Below, piece by piece: positions 1-12,399 of a stretch of DNA of 64,000 bases. This stretch comes from Chiloscyllium plagiosum (taxonomy: Eukaryota), in the NCBI RefSeq assembly GCF_004010195.1, contig NC_057719.1, positions 36,366,585 to 36,430,584 of the forward strand, read 5' to 3'. Each line of letters opens with the position of its first letter. The stretch's first letter is position 1. The notes below the pieces were generated by a model that had not been told where the DNA came from, ran no database searches, and saw only the letters and a list, made by a program, of their open reading frames with translations. The position numbers were made by a program, and so were the translations under genes.

Positions 1-625
1 CAATGACAAGAAAGAATATAATTTATGAAGAGGACAATTGGAGGATTCAAAGGAATGCAGATAGGTCAATGACTTGACAAAGTTCTGCCATACGGAGTCT
101 GTGAATAGTTTTAAAACAGAGGTTGTTAGATTCTTGATAACCAAGGGAATGAAAGATTATCAGGAGTAGGCAGGAATATAGAGAAATCAGGTCAACCAGG
201 ATTTTTCATATAGCAGAAAAAACTTCAGCTGAAAGACCTACTCCTGTTCCTATTTTGGGTGTTTGTAAGATTATTGTCAACATTTGGATTATGTGAATAT
301 ATATGTAGAAAAATGTGAAATTGTCCATTTCTATAAGCATTATACAAAAATGCACATTCTCTAAAAGGTGAGAGATTATAGACCTTTGTAATGCAGAGAG
401 ATCTGGGTGTTCTGGTACATGAATTGTGAAAAGTTAATGTGTAGGAGCAGCAAATAATGAGGAAAGCAAATAGAATGTTATTGTTTTTTATGAGGGATAT
501 TGAATGTAAAAGTAGGGACATTATGCTGTACTATACAGGGCCTAAGACCAGATCTGGAATATTGTGTGCAGCAGTGGTCTACTTATTTAAGGAAAGATGC
601 AAATGATTTGGAAGTTATTCAGGGA
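1..625 (+). mobile_element. Old degenerate CR1 LINE fragments (RT C-terminus and 3' tail)
   Basis: Degenerate matches to CR1 motifs seen elsewhere in the window (gagagatctgggtgt = RDLGV; gcaaatagaatgtt; cctactcctgttcctatt tail). Confidence 0.7.
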
Positions 626-649
626 AGGTTTTAAGTTAACAAAATAAAA

Positions 650-1200
650 GCTGAATACTGCAGCTCCCAAGTAGCTCAGACACTTTCATTTCAGCAGCTT
701 TTGGAAGCTTCTGCTGACCAGACAGTAGGACAAAATACCCAGACACTGAGGTGCTCATGTAAGCTGGTATACCAGCATTCACATCCTATTGAGAGTGTTA
801 CACTGAACTGGGTCAGTCATGGAGCCAGAATATCTGATACATGCCGCTAAACAGAGTTTGAGTCTAGGGAAGTCAAAGGTAGTGTCACAAAGATGCTCTG
901 AAAAATTCACTTCAGAGGTTTGATATCATTTCTTTGAGTCCTGGGAGAAGGTTGTCACAAATGGACACATCTGGTATAACCAAATAAAAATGTGAGGTCT
1001 TCTTCAAGTGCAATTTCAAGGCAGAAAAAAAATGAAATAAGAGGAAATCACAAGACAGCATCTTGTCTAGAACCCAATCATCTGTGCTATCCTGTTCCAT
1101 TTACAGTAAAATCTTCCAGTGTAAACTGACCATAGCACTCACAGATATACAATACCCACCAGAACCTGACCAAGGCAATGAAAATGATCTTCTTCACTTC
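650..1200 (+). mobile_element. Degenerate RTE-clade LINE 3' fragment
   Basis: ggaagcttctg...caaaatacccagacactgaggtgctc...agcattcac...gccagaat resembles the RTE ORF C-terminus (RKLL..W.DKIPDTEVL..AG..SIH..L.W.GH.AR). Confidence 0.65.
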
Positions 1201-1959
1201 AAAAGACAAATGAGATTATAGCTATCCTCTTACATAATCATTCAGTTCTATTTTTATTTTGTCTGAAAAATAACAGCAGAAATTATTGCTGAATAAAATG
1301 GAAAATATGTTAATAACAATGAAAAACAAATTTTTAACATTTCTATTTCTTCATATTTTCTTTCATCATTTTATTACATAAATTGATCTGGCATCCATAT
1401 TTTCATTAGCTGAGGTGGAACTCACTTGAATTACTGCCAATACATCCTAATCCACAGGGGAAGAATGGTTGAGGACTGGTGCAAGAATGTGGTAGGTAGG
1501 CAGGCTGAGAGAGGTGGAAGATGAGTATAATTCATAATTGTTGCTTTTGCAATGTTATTGAACTTCTTCTGCAATGAATCTTGTTCCTTGAGGTGATGTT
1601 GGTGCCAGACATGCTGAAGTTAATCCTGGGTATTATAACGCTATCAAATGAAGTTGTCTTTTATACTGACAAAAACAGCATCTTAAAGGTCACCAATTCT
1701 CTAATAAACATCCTCAGTTTTATCACATGTACTACAAAAGGTTCACCTCTTTATGTATCAATCAACTTAAATAGCAAGTGTGGTGCCTCAGGATAAGACA
1801 GAGGTTCCAGATGTGTCAAGTTGAATTATTCTTAGTTGATTCTTCAATGAGATGGCGCCCAGACTTCTTCCATCAGAATTGCAGCCAAACTCTATCAACA
1901 TGAAAGCTTCTATTTAAAATATGTATGTAATTTATAAATTATTCTTCCACAAGCTGTGA

Positions 1960-2890
1960 GATCACAAGAAACACCAGCATTCATTACTCTTAACTGCCCT
2001 TGAGAATGTGCTACAGAGCTGCTTTCTTGAACTGCTGCAGACCATCTGATGCCATATATCTACAGTGCTGTTAAAAAAGGCTACAGGCCACTGACACTGA
2101 GAGTAAATAAATGCAAATAAATATATTTTCAAGTCAGGTTGGTGTGCGGCTTAGAGGGAAATTTGCAGGAGGTGGTGCTCCCATTTGCATGTTGCCCTTG
2201 TCCTTTTATGTGACAGAGGTCGCAAGTTTGAAAGTTTGTTGAAGGAAGCTTAATGAGTTGTTGCTGATGTATATCTTATAAAGTATATACTGTTTCTGTA
2301 TATCAATCATGGAGAGCTTGAGTGTTTCAGATGGTAGATCAGTTACAAATCAAATAAGCTGCTTTGTCCTGGATTAAGCCAAGGTACTTGAGCATTGTTG
2401 GAGTTGTACTCAAGCAGGCAAATAGTGAACATCTGATCAAACTTCTGACCATCATCCCAAGTCTGAATGTCATCCAGGTCTTGGTGTGGATGGACATGGA
2501 CTGCTTCAGCATCTGAAGAGACATGAATGGCATTGAACATTACACAATAATTGGCAAACATCCCCACTTCTGTCCTTATGATAGAAGGAAGGTCATTGTT
2601 GAAGCTGTGGAAAATGGTTAGACCTAGGATACTACCTTGAAGAACACTTGCAAAGATGCCCTTGGCCACAGACTATCTCCCTTGGAGCCAGGTATGACTC
2701 CAACCTTTGGATTCCCATTAACTTTAAATTTGCGAGAGTTACTTGAAACCACAGTCTAGTAGCTACACTAGAGTGGTTGAGTAGGGCCACAGCTAGTTCT
2801 TGAGCACAAGTCTTTAGCACTACCTCTGGGATGGTGTCAGCACCCATAGCCTTCGCTGTACCCAGTGCCTTCAGCAATTTAATACACAGT
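1960..2890 (-). mobile_element. CR1-like LINE RT fragment and 3' tail (same family as 26140-28540)
   Basis: ORFs 2343-2669 (VLQGSILGLTIF..FNNDLPSIIRTEVGMFAN) and 2632-2922 (KAMGADTIPEVVLKTCAQELA) are RT motifs. Confidence 0.8.
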
Positions 2891-3529
2891 AGATGCAGCT
2901 TGGACTGCTCAGATTCTTCCATAAATCAAAATGGGGGTAGAGTCAATGAAGGCAAGATCAGGACAGTAAGGACTACACCTCTAGAGTCAGGCTGTAAAAG
3001 CACCACTGGCACAAATTAAAATCAGCCTCACTGTGTAATTTCATGGATGACTGGTTGAGCATTTTTAAAAGTTCTTAAAATATTTGTGAAACAAAATACC
3101 TTGCGAAAAACATAATCCACAGCAAAAACTGTACACTGCAATAGTAGACAGCAGTTTAATCAGTTGAGTCACGAGGCATTAACCAGGAAATTGTGGTCTG
3201 TCCTTTAGAAAGGCCCTTTGTGGCTTAATTCAGTTATTCAAACCTATTAAAATGTTGCAAATTTCATTTAGGAGTGGCGCAGGAAGGGCAACTAAGACGA
3301 TCAGCCACTATGCCTGATTTATTTACATTACAATGCTTTACATTGGCTGTTGTCGACATCAAAACATGAAGATATCACTCCTTTCTGTTTGGAGTCAAAT
3401 GCACCAGTTGTTATTGTCAATGGATGTCAAGATAAATCTTGATTCGGAGATGCCGGTGTTGGACTGGGGTGTACAAAGTTAAAAATCACACAACACCAGG
3501 TTATAGTCCAACAGGTTTAATTGGAAGCA

Positions 3530-3561
3530 CACTAGCTTTCGGAGCGACGCTCCTTCATCAG
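3530..3561 (-). ncRNA. Hammerhead ribozyme motif (family A), antisense copy lacking the stem I 5' strand
   Basis: Reverse complement reads CUGAUGAAGGAGCGUCGCUCCGAAAGCUAGUG. Confidence 0.75.
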
Positions 3562-4484
3562 ACCTAGTGTGCTTCCAATTAAATCTGTTGGACTATAACC
3601 TGGTGTTGTGTGATTTTTAACTTTGTACACCCCAGTCCAACACCGGCATCTCCAAATCAAGCACAAGAAGGCTGTTGAACATGGCTCCATGATCTTACAA
3701 CTGTGGAGGTGCCCTTACTATTGANNNNNNNNNNNNNNNNNNNNNNNNNNNNNNNNNNNNNNNNNNNNNNNNNNNNNNNNNNNNNNNNNNNNNNNNNNNN
3801 NNNNNNNNNNNNNNNNNNNNNNNNNNNNNNNNNNNNNNNNNNNNNNNNNNNNNNNNNNNNNNNNNNNNNNNNNNNNNNNNNNNNNNNNNNNNNNNNNNNN
3901 NNNNNNNNNNNNNNNNNNNNNNNNNNNNNNNNNNNNNNNNNNNNNNNNNNNNNNNNNNNNNNNNNNNNNNNNNNNNNNNNNNNNNNNNNNNNNNNNNNNN
4001 NNNNNNNNNNNNNNNNNNNNNNNNNNNNNNNNNNNNNNNNNNNNNNNNNNNNNNNNNNNNNNNNNNNNNNNNNNNNNNNNNNNNNNNNNNNNNNNNNNNN
4101 NNNNNNNNNNNNNNNNNNNNNNNNNNNNNNNNNNNNNNNNNNNNNNNNNNNNNNNNNNNNNNNNNNNNNNNNNNNNNNNNNNNNNNNNNNNNNNNNNNNN
4201 NNNNNNNNNNNNNNNNNNNNNNNNNNNNNNNNNNNNNNNNNNNNNNNNNNNNNNNNNNNNNNNNNNNNNNNNNNNNNNNNNNNNNNNNNNNNNNNNNNNN
4301 NNNNNNNNNNNNNNNNNNNNNNNNNNNNGGTTTTGTGATTTACATATGAAAGAAGTGAAACTATCACTGTATTCTAATAGATGAAAGGCTTAACAGACAA
4401 TCAATTCTTCAATGTATAATTTCAGTTACATCACACTGAAAATTTTTGCTATAAATTCTGTGTTACGATCGAGCCCTCCACAAT

Positions 4485-4519
4485 CACCTGATGAAGGAGC
4501 GTCGCTCCGAAAGCTAGTG
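4485..4519 (+). ncRNA. Minimal type I hammerhead ribozyme motif (PLE family A)
   Basis: CAC-CUGAUGA-A-GGAGC(GUC)GCUCC-GAAA-GC-UA-GUG: full core, stem I CAC/GUG, 5-bp stem II, palindromic AGCU in place of stem III. Confidence 0.85.
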
Positions 4520-5739
4520 TGCTTCCAATTAAACCTGTTGGACTATAACCTGGTGTTGTGTGATTTTTAACAAGATAAATCTTAATAATCATGTAATTGT
4601 TCTACCAAATACCAGAGTCAGAAACTCTGAATGAAGCAACTCTCTGCAGTTGATAAAGATGACATACTGAATTACAGTTTAATAAAGTCAAGTATGACAA
4701 AAAAAAATGCACAGGCTTGAAAATGTACTCAAATGAAAGACGGCAAAAATAATAGTCAAAATATAAAACATAAAATCAATAGCATCATGATAAACAAGCT
4801 AAACAGAAACTTGCAACAGCAGAAATAAAGTTACATCAACTTTAAAGATTATTGTGAGGGTCTGGGTGAGATTTTGCCAAATTAGTATCACCCATTTACC
4901 TTTGAAATTCAAATATTGCAACAGATAAAGGATGCTTACCTCTTGTGGACAATAGTTTTGGGGACCATTTTAAGGAGCTGTGAAAATTTTGATTTGAATG
5001 GACAAATGGATGCATAATTGCCTAATTTGCCCGATTGTCTTAAATGCTGCTAGATTTAAGCATTAATTAAACATTTACCAGACAAAGTGAGACACAGTGC
5101 GGTCATTAAAATTGTATTATTTAAGGAAATACTGACAACTGTTTTAAAAGGATTGTTATCAAAGTACCATTTCTACCTTCCTAGTACTGCACTCAGCTGT
5201 TCTCACACTTGATATAAAATGTAATCTTTAGCACCACAGGCGTGAACTAATGTAACTTCATCCCACGTGATTCCTATCTCAGCTGTTTAAACATCAAAGC
5301 TGTAAATTTGAAAATGTATTTTTACTTCATGATGATTATTACCAGAAACTTCACATGTTTTAACCAAGTTTCTTTAAATTAGCTAATGATGTTCCTGCAC
5401 TGTGACCAGGAGGAAAATCTGTTCAGTTTTGAACCAGTCTAACTGATCTTTCAGATAGCACATCTTTGTTCTGAATATTCAGAAATCTGTTATTTCCTGT
5501 TATTTCTGTGTCTCATGATGTAGAGATACTGGGGGTAAAGTACACAGCTCCAAAAATCAGATGCTGAGAATACAGTACATGATTAATATATGTGTGCAAT
5601 TTGCAATGCAGACAGCAAATCAACTTTTGTGCTGCCTATTCATTTGAATGATTGCTGCCTGTAGCCAGTAATAGCCACATTTTTCATTGGTGGGACATAT
5701 CAGCAGGAGGCCAATAGTGTAAGTGGTTAGCACCATTTA

Positions 5740-6680
5740 AGCAGCATCAAGAGGTGGAGAAGTTCAACATTTCAGGTATAACCCTTCTTTGGGTCTGGAT
5801 ATGGGGTAAGGGGAGCTACAGATAAAGTATGGGGTGGGAAGAGTGGCAGAATGATGAGGTTGTGATAGGTGACAAGTAGTGACACGTAGTGGGTTTGACC
5901 TGGTTGGTCGATGGGAGGGATGAATCCAGTTGGTAGCTAGAAGGAAAGGTCACCTGACGAAAGAGCAGCATTCTGAAAGCTTGTACTTTCAAATAACCCT
6001 GTTGGACTATAACCCAGTATCATGTGATTTTTAACTTTGTCCTCCAACCTAGACTACTGCATCCCGTACTCCCAATGTGGTCTTCTCTACATCAGTAAGA
6101 CCAATTGTAGACTAACTGACCATTTTGCTGAGCATCTTCAATGGGCCTGAAATGGCCAATCTGACCTGCTGGTGACTACTCATTTTAATTGCCCCCCCCC
6201 ACTCCCTTTCCGACATGTCCATCCTCAGCCTATTCCATTGCCACAGTGAATCAGACCACAAATTGGAGGAACAACACCTCATCTTCCACCTGGGAAGCCT
6301 ACAGCCTCATGGACTTAAGATTAAGCAAATTTTAAATAACCTTTCTGCCCATCCCCTGACTCCCTTTCCAGCCCCGCCTTCTCCCTTCCATTCCTTCTGC
6401 TGACCCTTCCTTCCAACTGCCAACCGGATTCATCCCTCTCATCAACCAACCAAGTTATACCCAGTACCGTGCTTACCTATCACTACCTCACTGTTCTGCA
6501 GCTCTCCCCCCCCAACACTCCCCCCTCCCCTTTAACTATAGCGCTCCCTACCCCCACATCCAGTCCTGAAGAAGGGTTATACCTGAAATGTTGACTTCGC
6601 CACCTCCTGCTTGGCTTGCTGCGTTCTTCCAGCCCCCTGTTTGTCTACTTTTGGATTCCAGCATCTGCAGGTTTTTTTTG
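5740..6680 (+). mobile_element. Older Penelope-like element 3' part: inverted pLTR, GIY-YIG endonuclease remnant, sense pLTR
   Basis: 6058-6320 translates CIPYSQCGLLYISKTNCRLTDHFAEHL...KLEEQHLIFHLGSLQPHGL (PLE GIY-YIG). 5740-5945 is the reverse complement of about 6400-6620. A family A pLTR scrap lies at 5950-6045. Confidence 0.8.
6563..6595 (+). ncRNA. Hammerhead ribozyme motif (family B-like, degenerate)
   Basis: GUC-CUGAAGA-AGGG(UUAU)ACCU-GAAA-UG-UU-GAC; stem I GUC/GAC intact. Confidence 0.65.
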
Positions 6681-6739
6681 GCTTTAAGACCGTTTAAAGC
6701 TAGCCTGCACCTTTTAAAGGCAAGGTGGCTGCAGCAGGT

Positions 6740-7935
6740 TCCCCACCTCTTCCTCCGCACAATTGATGACTGCATTGGCACCACCTCGTGCTCCCGCGAG
6801 GAGGTTGAGCAATTCATCAACTTCACCAACACATTCCACCCTCACCTTAAATTTACCTGGACCATCTCTGACACCTCCCTCCCCTACCGACTTGACACTG
6901 ACATTTTTTACAAACCCACCGACTCCCACAGCTACCTGGATTACACCTCTTCCCACCCTACCTCTTGCAAAAATGCCATCCCATATTCCCAATTCCTCCA
7001 CCTCNNNNNNNNNNNNNNNNNNNNNNNNNNNNNNNNNNNNNNNNNNNNNNNNNNNNNNNNNNNNNNNNNNNNNNNNNNNNNNNNNNNNNNNNNNNNNNNN
7101 NNNNNNNNNNNNNNNNNNNNNNNNNNNNNNNNNNNNNNNNNNNNNNNNNNNNNNNNNNNNNNNNNNNNNNNNNNNNNNNNNNNNNNNNNNNNNNNNNNNN
7201 NNNNNNNNNNNNNNNNNNNNNNNNNNNNNNNNNNNNNNNNNNNNNNNNNNNNNNNNNNNNNNNNNNNNNNNNNNNNNNNNNNNNNNNNNNNNNNNNNNNN
7301 NNNNNNNNNNNNNNNNNNNNNNNNNNNNNNNNNNNNNNNNNNNNNNNNNNNNNNNNNNNNNNNNNNNNNNNNNNNNNNNNNNNNNNNNNNNNNNNNNNNN
7401 NNNNNNNNNNNNNNNNNNNNNNNNNNNNNNNNNNNNNNNNNNNNNNNNNNNNNNNNNNNNNNNNNNNNNNNNNNNNNNNNNNNNNNNNNNNNNNNNNNNN
7501 NNNNNNNNNNNNNNNNNNNNNNNNNNNNNNNNNNNNNNNNNNNNNNNNNNNNNNNNNNNNNNNNNNNNNNNNNNNNNNNNNNNNNNNNNNNNNNNNNNNN
7601 NNNNNNNNNNNNNNNNNNNNNNNNNNNNNNNNNNNNNNNNNNNNNNNNNNNNNNNNNNNNNNNNNNNNNNNNNNNNNNNNNNNNNNNNNNNNNNNNNNNN
7701 NNNNNNNNNNNNNNNNNNNNNNNNNNNNNNTCTCCCCACCCCCACCCTCCTCTAGCTTATCTCTCCACGCTTCAGGCTCTCTGCCTTTATTCCTGATGAA
7801 GGGCTTTTGCCCGAAACGTCGATTTCGCTGCTCGTTGGATGCTGCCTGAATTGCTGTGCTCTTCCAGCACCACTGATCCAGAATCTGGTTTCCAGCATCT
7901 GCAGTCATTGTTTTTACCTCGTTGATTTTAACTCG
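6740..7935 (+). mobile_element. Penelope-like element (family B): RT fragment, gap, 3' pLTR
   Basis: FLRTIDDCIG...EQFINFTNTFHPHLKFT...DIFYKPTDSHSYLDYTSSHP.SCKNAIPYSQFL matches the PLE RT YIDD motif and thumb. The pLTR at 7731-7935 matches other copies in the window. Confidence 0.85.
7790..7823 (+). ncRNA. Minimal type I hammerhead ribozyme motif (PLE family B)
   Basis: UUC-CUGAUGA-A-GGGC(UUUU)GCCC-GAAA-CG-UC-GAU; palindromic ACGU at stem III. Confidence 0.85.
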
Positions 7936-7974
7936 CAGAGATTCTGTTCTGTGAATGAGTGAGGAATGATACAA

Positions 7975-9650
7975 CATAGACAAACATAACTCCATGGTTT
8001 TCAGAGACTACATTAAAGGCTGCATATGAAAATTGAGAGAGGTATTCTGCACCTCTATTAGAGATGAAGGCCCACCAAAACAGTCCAAAAGCAATGAGAT
8101 AATATCGTCATGGAGCCCAATGCCAAAGTACAAGCAATCTGAAGAATTACAAAAGGAATTCAGTGACCTCTTGCAAGTAGCCAATCAATGAATCTATTTT
8201 CAAATGCTATGTTATAAATGCACCACTGAACTCCTCAATTCAGCACGGGACCATCAGTTAGCTATTAGCCATCTCAATTATTTAGGCTTCATAACTGACA
8301 TTCACCTCACCTTCACAAACTCAGCATTGCTGCAAGTCTCACACTCTCATTTCATAGACTGCTATTTATTCAACCATGAGGTGTATCAGCCAAACAGATT
8401 GCACAGCACTCACTCACACATTTCCTTCTCTATTTAGCTGATCATGATGGCACACGACCAGAAGCAGCAGGAGTTATGCAGAGGGCTGCAGGTGCACTTG
8501 CAATCCCAGTCCCTGTGGAGGAGAAACTGCTGGCCATTGCTAAGAACACAATTCTGAGCCGAGAGCTGGCGTTGGTGCTAAAACAATCAAAGATGGCCAC
8601 ATCCTCATTCCCAATACTTCACTGGGTTTCTGAATTCTCTATCATCTCACACTCTGTTCTGATTTACAAGCAGCAGATAGTGCACACCGCACACATTCCC
8701 TCCCTTTTCACACTACTTGGTTGCATTTCTCAGTTCAAATGTCCAAGCAGTCTGAACCAGCTGGAAGAATATTAAAAAGACAGTGATGAGGAAGATCCAG
8801 CACCATCACTTGATTTCACACTCACAGCTACTAGCTTAGATGCTGCACTGTATCCACCTTAAAAGCAGCTTCAAGATGGAATCTGTATACAAGTACATTC
8901 CAGTTGAGAGTGTGGTGCTGGAAAAGAACAGCAGGTCAGGCAGCATCAGAGGAGCAGGAGAATCGAACATCGAACCTCCTGCTCCTCAGATGCTGCCTGA
9001 CCTGCTTTGCTTTTCCAGCACCATCCTCTCGACTCTGATCTCCAGCACCTGCAGACCTCATTTCCTCCTACAAGTACCTTCCAGTCAAGGCTGGGAGAAA
9101 GGTTACATTGGTGTCAACTTTCCAGATTATTTGGTCACATTAAGGTTCCCTTGCAGATGATTCAGGTGAGAACTGAGAGAAGAAATTTGATCAATATTCA
9201 CATCAGAATCTTTGGTGCATTGGCAAGCTTGCTCGAATCTCTGTCGCCAGTACTAAGCAGCCTGGAGGAATGCAACACCAAAACAGCAGAGGGGTTTGCA
9301 CCAGTCTTGGAACCCATCCTTTCTTAAATGATAATGGTTTGCCAAATCTATTTAGACATTTGGGGAACCAACCCTGATGCAGCATGTTGCAGGCTAATGC
9401 ACAAATTCCATTACAGTCACCCAATGTCTGAGTTCCATGGATTACAAGAGAGATATTCCATAGGGCACACAGTTTCAAGGCTTCCAGCACCACATTTTCA
9501 GGACTACTAAGGTCTAGAGGAGTTACGATGGCATCAAAGAAAAGAAACCTACTCTCTCCTGTTTTCACAAAGACAGTATTCATGTTCCCACCTTTGCACT
9601 CTACTGCTCTCCCCAAGAACTGCTCCAGTTAAAATTACCAGCCATCCTTC
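7975..9650 (+). mobile_element. Decayed PIF/Harbinger Myb/SANT-like partner gene
   Basis: TPWFSETTLK (about 7988) and ELQKEFSDLLQVA (about 8143) resemble APRFSDASLE and QCRKKFNDL. After a ctctatttag acceptor, MMAHDQKQ and PVPVEEKLLAIA resemble the AHN..TGGG..EE..L.I segment. Confidence 0.5.
8905..9068. mobile_element. Short fold-back PLE family B insertion
   Basis: Inverted pLTR arms; 17-bp TSD tacaagtac(a/c)ttccagt at 8888-8904 and 9069-9085. Confidence 0.85.
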
Positions 9651-10009
9651 AGCAATGCTGTAGCCACTGTGTTAATACTACATACAACTGTAAAACAGGC
9701 AAAGGTATTTATTTAGACAGTTAACAAAGGAAAGCACATGGATTGTTTGTCTTTTGTTTGTAATAAATGGTAGGATTTTGTTCATAAATTTGCTTTGAAA
9801 TGTTTATTTTGTCTTGGCATTCTGACCATGTGGACATGTGATGGCCAATGAGAGAGGGCAGGAGAAGTGTGAAATTTTTGGTAAATGGAGAATTGGGAGA
9901 TTTCTTGCTACTACTGATCTCCAATGAATTCATGGACAACCCAGCCAGAAAGTGGATGCCTAGTTTGCCACCACTTTTCCAGTTTCTCCTGTAGCTGGTC
10001 CTGATCTGC

Positions 10010-10012
<3 letters not shown>

Positions 10013-10044
<32 letters not shown>
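10013..10044. repeat. (AT)16 microsatellite
   Basis: Read directly from the sequence. Confidence 0.95.
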
Positions 10045-10048
<4 letters not shown>

Positions 10049-10079
10049 CAGCAAAGTCGGTTTCCTCAGGAGGACAAAA

Positions 10080-10800
10080 CTACATAAGATGCGCAGGTCA
10101 CAACAAATCAGGCCATCCACTTTACTGAAGACAGAGTGCTCTACCGGAGTATATGGACAGTGTAGACATTGTTTAAGAACCATGGTTGTTTTCTTTATCA
10201 TATTTCATACGGCACTTTATACAAGCTGCTCAAGTGTGCTCTTTACTCTGCAGTCAGGAGTGACCTGGTTTGCAATGAGAACATGTCAGCAAGTAGACAT
10301 TCTTCAGTCTGCCATGGTGGCTGAAATGCAGCTGGCACAATGCAAAACAATGGCATCAGGACTGCTCGATAGAGGCAATGGATTTGTTTGATTCTCTGTA
10401 ATGGTCACACTCCAGTTGGATATTGACAGAATGGCATCTCTTTCAGTTCTGCTATGGGTGCAGCTGACATGTGGCACTTCCATAGTGATATATGTGCAGT
10501 CAATTGCAGCGTTGTAGACTGTAGAAGTTTCATAAAGCCATGTGCTTCCTCCAGTTGATTATGTTACAAATGCAAAATCATATAAAATGGTTATGTTTTG
10601 AATTGGCTATATTAATTTGAGGTAAAGTGAAACATGTGACTTTCTGTGAGTGCTTGCCAGCAATAAGCTGATATGAACTGATGGCCATGAGGGCTGGGGG
10701 CTAAGTCAAGCCTTATTGATATGCAGGTACCAGCTTTCACTGCTGAACCTGAAGGTACCAGCATTTGATCTGAAATTGTGTAAATGTATAAACATTCATA
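10080..10800 (-). mobile_element. Decayed PIF/Harbinger (HARBI1-type) DDE transposase
   Basis: In order on the minus strand: AAIDCTYITMEVP (10510-10472; GAIDCTHI motif), NIQLECDH (10424-10401; NVQLVCDH), SSPDAIVL (GSSHDAFIL), IKKTTMVLKQCLHC...LICCDLR (IE.TIG.LK.RFRC...CCALHN). Confidence 0.7.
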
Positions 10801-11949
10801 CTCCTCTCTCCTCTGTTAACAATTATGAAAAGCAAGCAGTTCCACCAAGCAGAGTGGAGACTCTGCTTGGTGGAGATTGATCCTGTGGTGATGTAAGGAC
10901 ACTGGAATGGCAGGGGGAAAGAGGCCTTGCCCAAACTTCAGCACTCCAGTGTGAGAGGTTGTCCCTGGCTCGCAGCAGCTGAAGTGGTGTGCAGCTGGGC
11001 TGTCAAAATGACGTAAGTGGTGTGAATGTTTGAGGGTCCTGGCAATGACAAGGCCTTCCACCTTCTAGCCACACCATTCCCTGAGATAGGCACCAAGCAA
11101 TAAACAGGGCAAAAAGGACAAAAGATGAAAAGTCAGTGTAAGCTAATGCAGATGGGGCACTAAGAATCCAATTTGACGAAAAAAAGGGAAAAATTCCTTA
11201 CAATTCTGTGGAGAGGCCGTGTGACATATAAACGTGACATGGGGTTTTACAGTTGTTAGAAAGAGAAGAGGAGATATTATTCTTTTAATTTATTATATTA
11301 TTCAACTACTAAGTGATATTTGGTGAATCAATTTTACATAGACAGTAAAATCCTGCTCTGCGATCATTTCACTCAGCCTCACGGAACTGTTTAATAAGCA
11401 AACGGTTTCTATTTCTGGCAAGAGAGACTGAAACGTAGTTGGCTGTGATTGAATCAAAATCCTCAGTGACCTGCTTTACATAACGTCGTGAGACATTGCA
11501 AATATCTCCAGCTCCATTTTGGAAGGACCAAATATATTTTAAAAATCACTTCTTGGATACATTCCTTGCTCTGCTCAGAGATTACAGTTGTCATTGCAGA
11601 AGGTGCCAGATTTCATTGAGCACATTCTTTCTGAAACATGGGTGTCTCACAACTTGTTCCTCACCGACGGTCAGGTAAGAAAGTTGCTATGTGAGTTCTC
11701 TAGACAGGTATAGCTCCTGCTGAGATCCCCACTCCTCGATCTTCCAGCAATGTGTTCTGCTCTTTATGACATCTGTTCATTCTTCAAGTCCATCTGTATT
11801 TCAAGGGGAATGCTTATTAATGCAGCCAGGGATAGGAGCAAATAGTTTTTGTAAGAGACTTGGAATCAGTGAAGGATCCCTCAGTATGTGCCACATAACT
11901 CCCTCCAAAGCTTTTGCAACTTGAAACTACTGAAGAAAGCACAACAATC

Positions 11950-12332
11950 TCTAGAATTAGAGAAAAGAAGGTTTAGGGGTGACTTGATTGAGGTGTACAA
12001 GATGATTAGGGGGTTAGATAGGGTTGACAGTGTGAACCTTTTCCCGCGTATGGAGTCGGGTATTACAAGGGGGCATAGCTTTAAATTAAGGGGGGGTAGA
12101 TATAGGACTGAAGTTAGGGGTAGGTTCTTCACTCAGCGAGTCGTAAGTTCATGGAATGCCCTGCCAGTAGCAGTGGTGGACTCTCCCTCTTTATGGGCAT
12201 TTAAGCGGGCATTGGATAGGTATATGGAGGATAGTGGGTTAGTATAGGTTAGGTGGGCTCGGATGTTTACTTTGGCGCAACATCGAGGGCCAAAGGGCCT
12301 GTATTGCGCTGTATTCTTCTATGTCTATGTCT
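11950..12332 (+). mobile_element. CR1 LINE 3' end
   Basis: LEKRRFRGDLIEVYKMIRGLDRVD...FFTQRVVSSWNALP followed by a ctatgt tail. Confidence 0.92.
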
Positions 12333-12399
12333 AATTGTAGCAATAACCAGAAGAAATCAACCAATAACTAATTGCTCAAAAGCAAACTGAAACTGACTC

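Larger units (their letters stand above)
3441..4570. mobile_element. Penelope-like element (family A) with inverted plus direct pseudo-LTRs; interior in a gap
   Basis: Near-perfect inverted repeat 3441-3658, a further sense pLTR at 4329-4570, and a 13-bp TSD caagataaatctt at 3428-3440 and 4571-4583. Confidence 0.8.

Noticed and set aside
3657..7995. Long ORFs of 200-400 aa (also 45220-45924 and 53183-53709)
   Set aside because: Their length comes from N-gaps translated as X.
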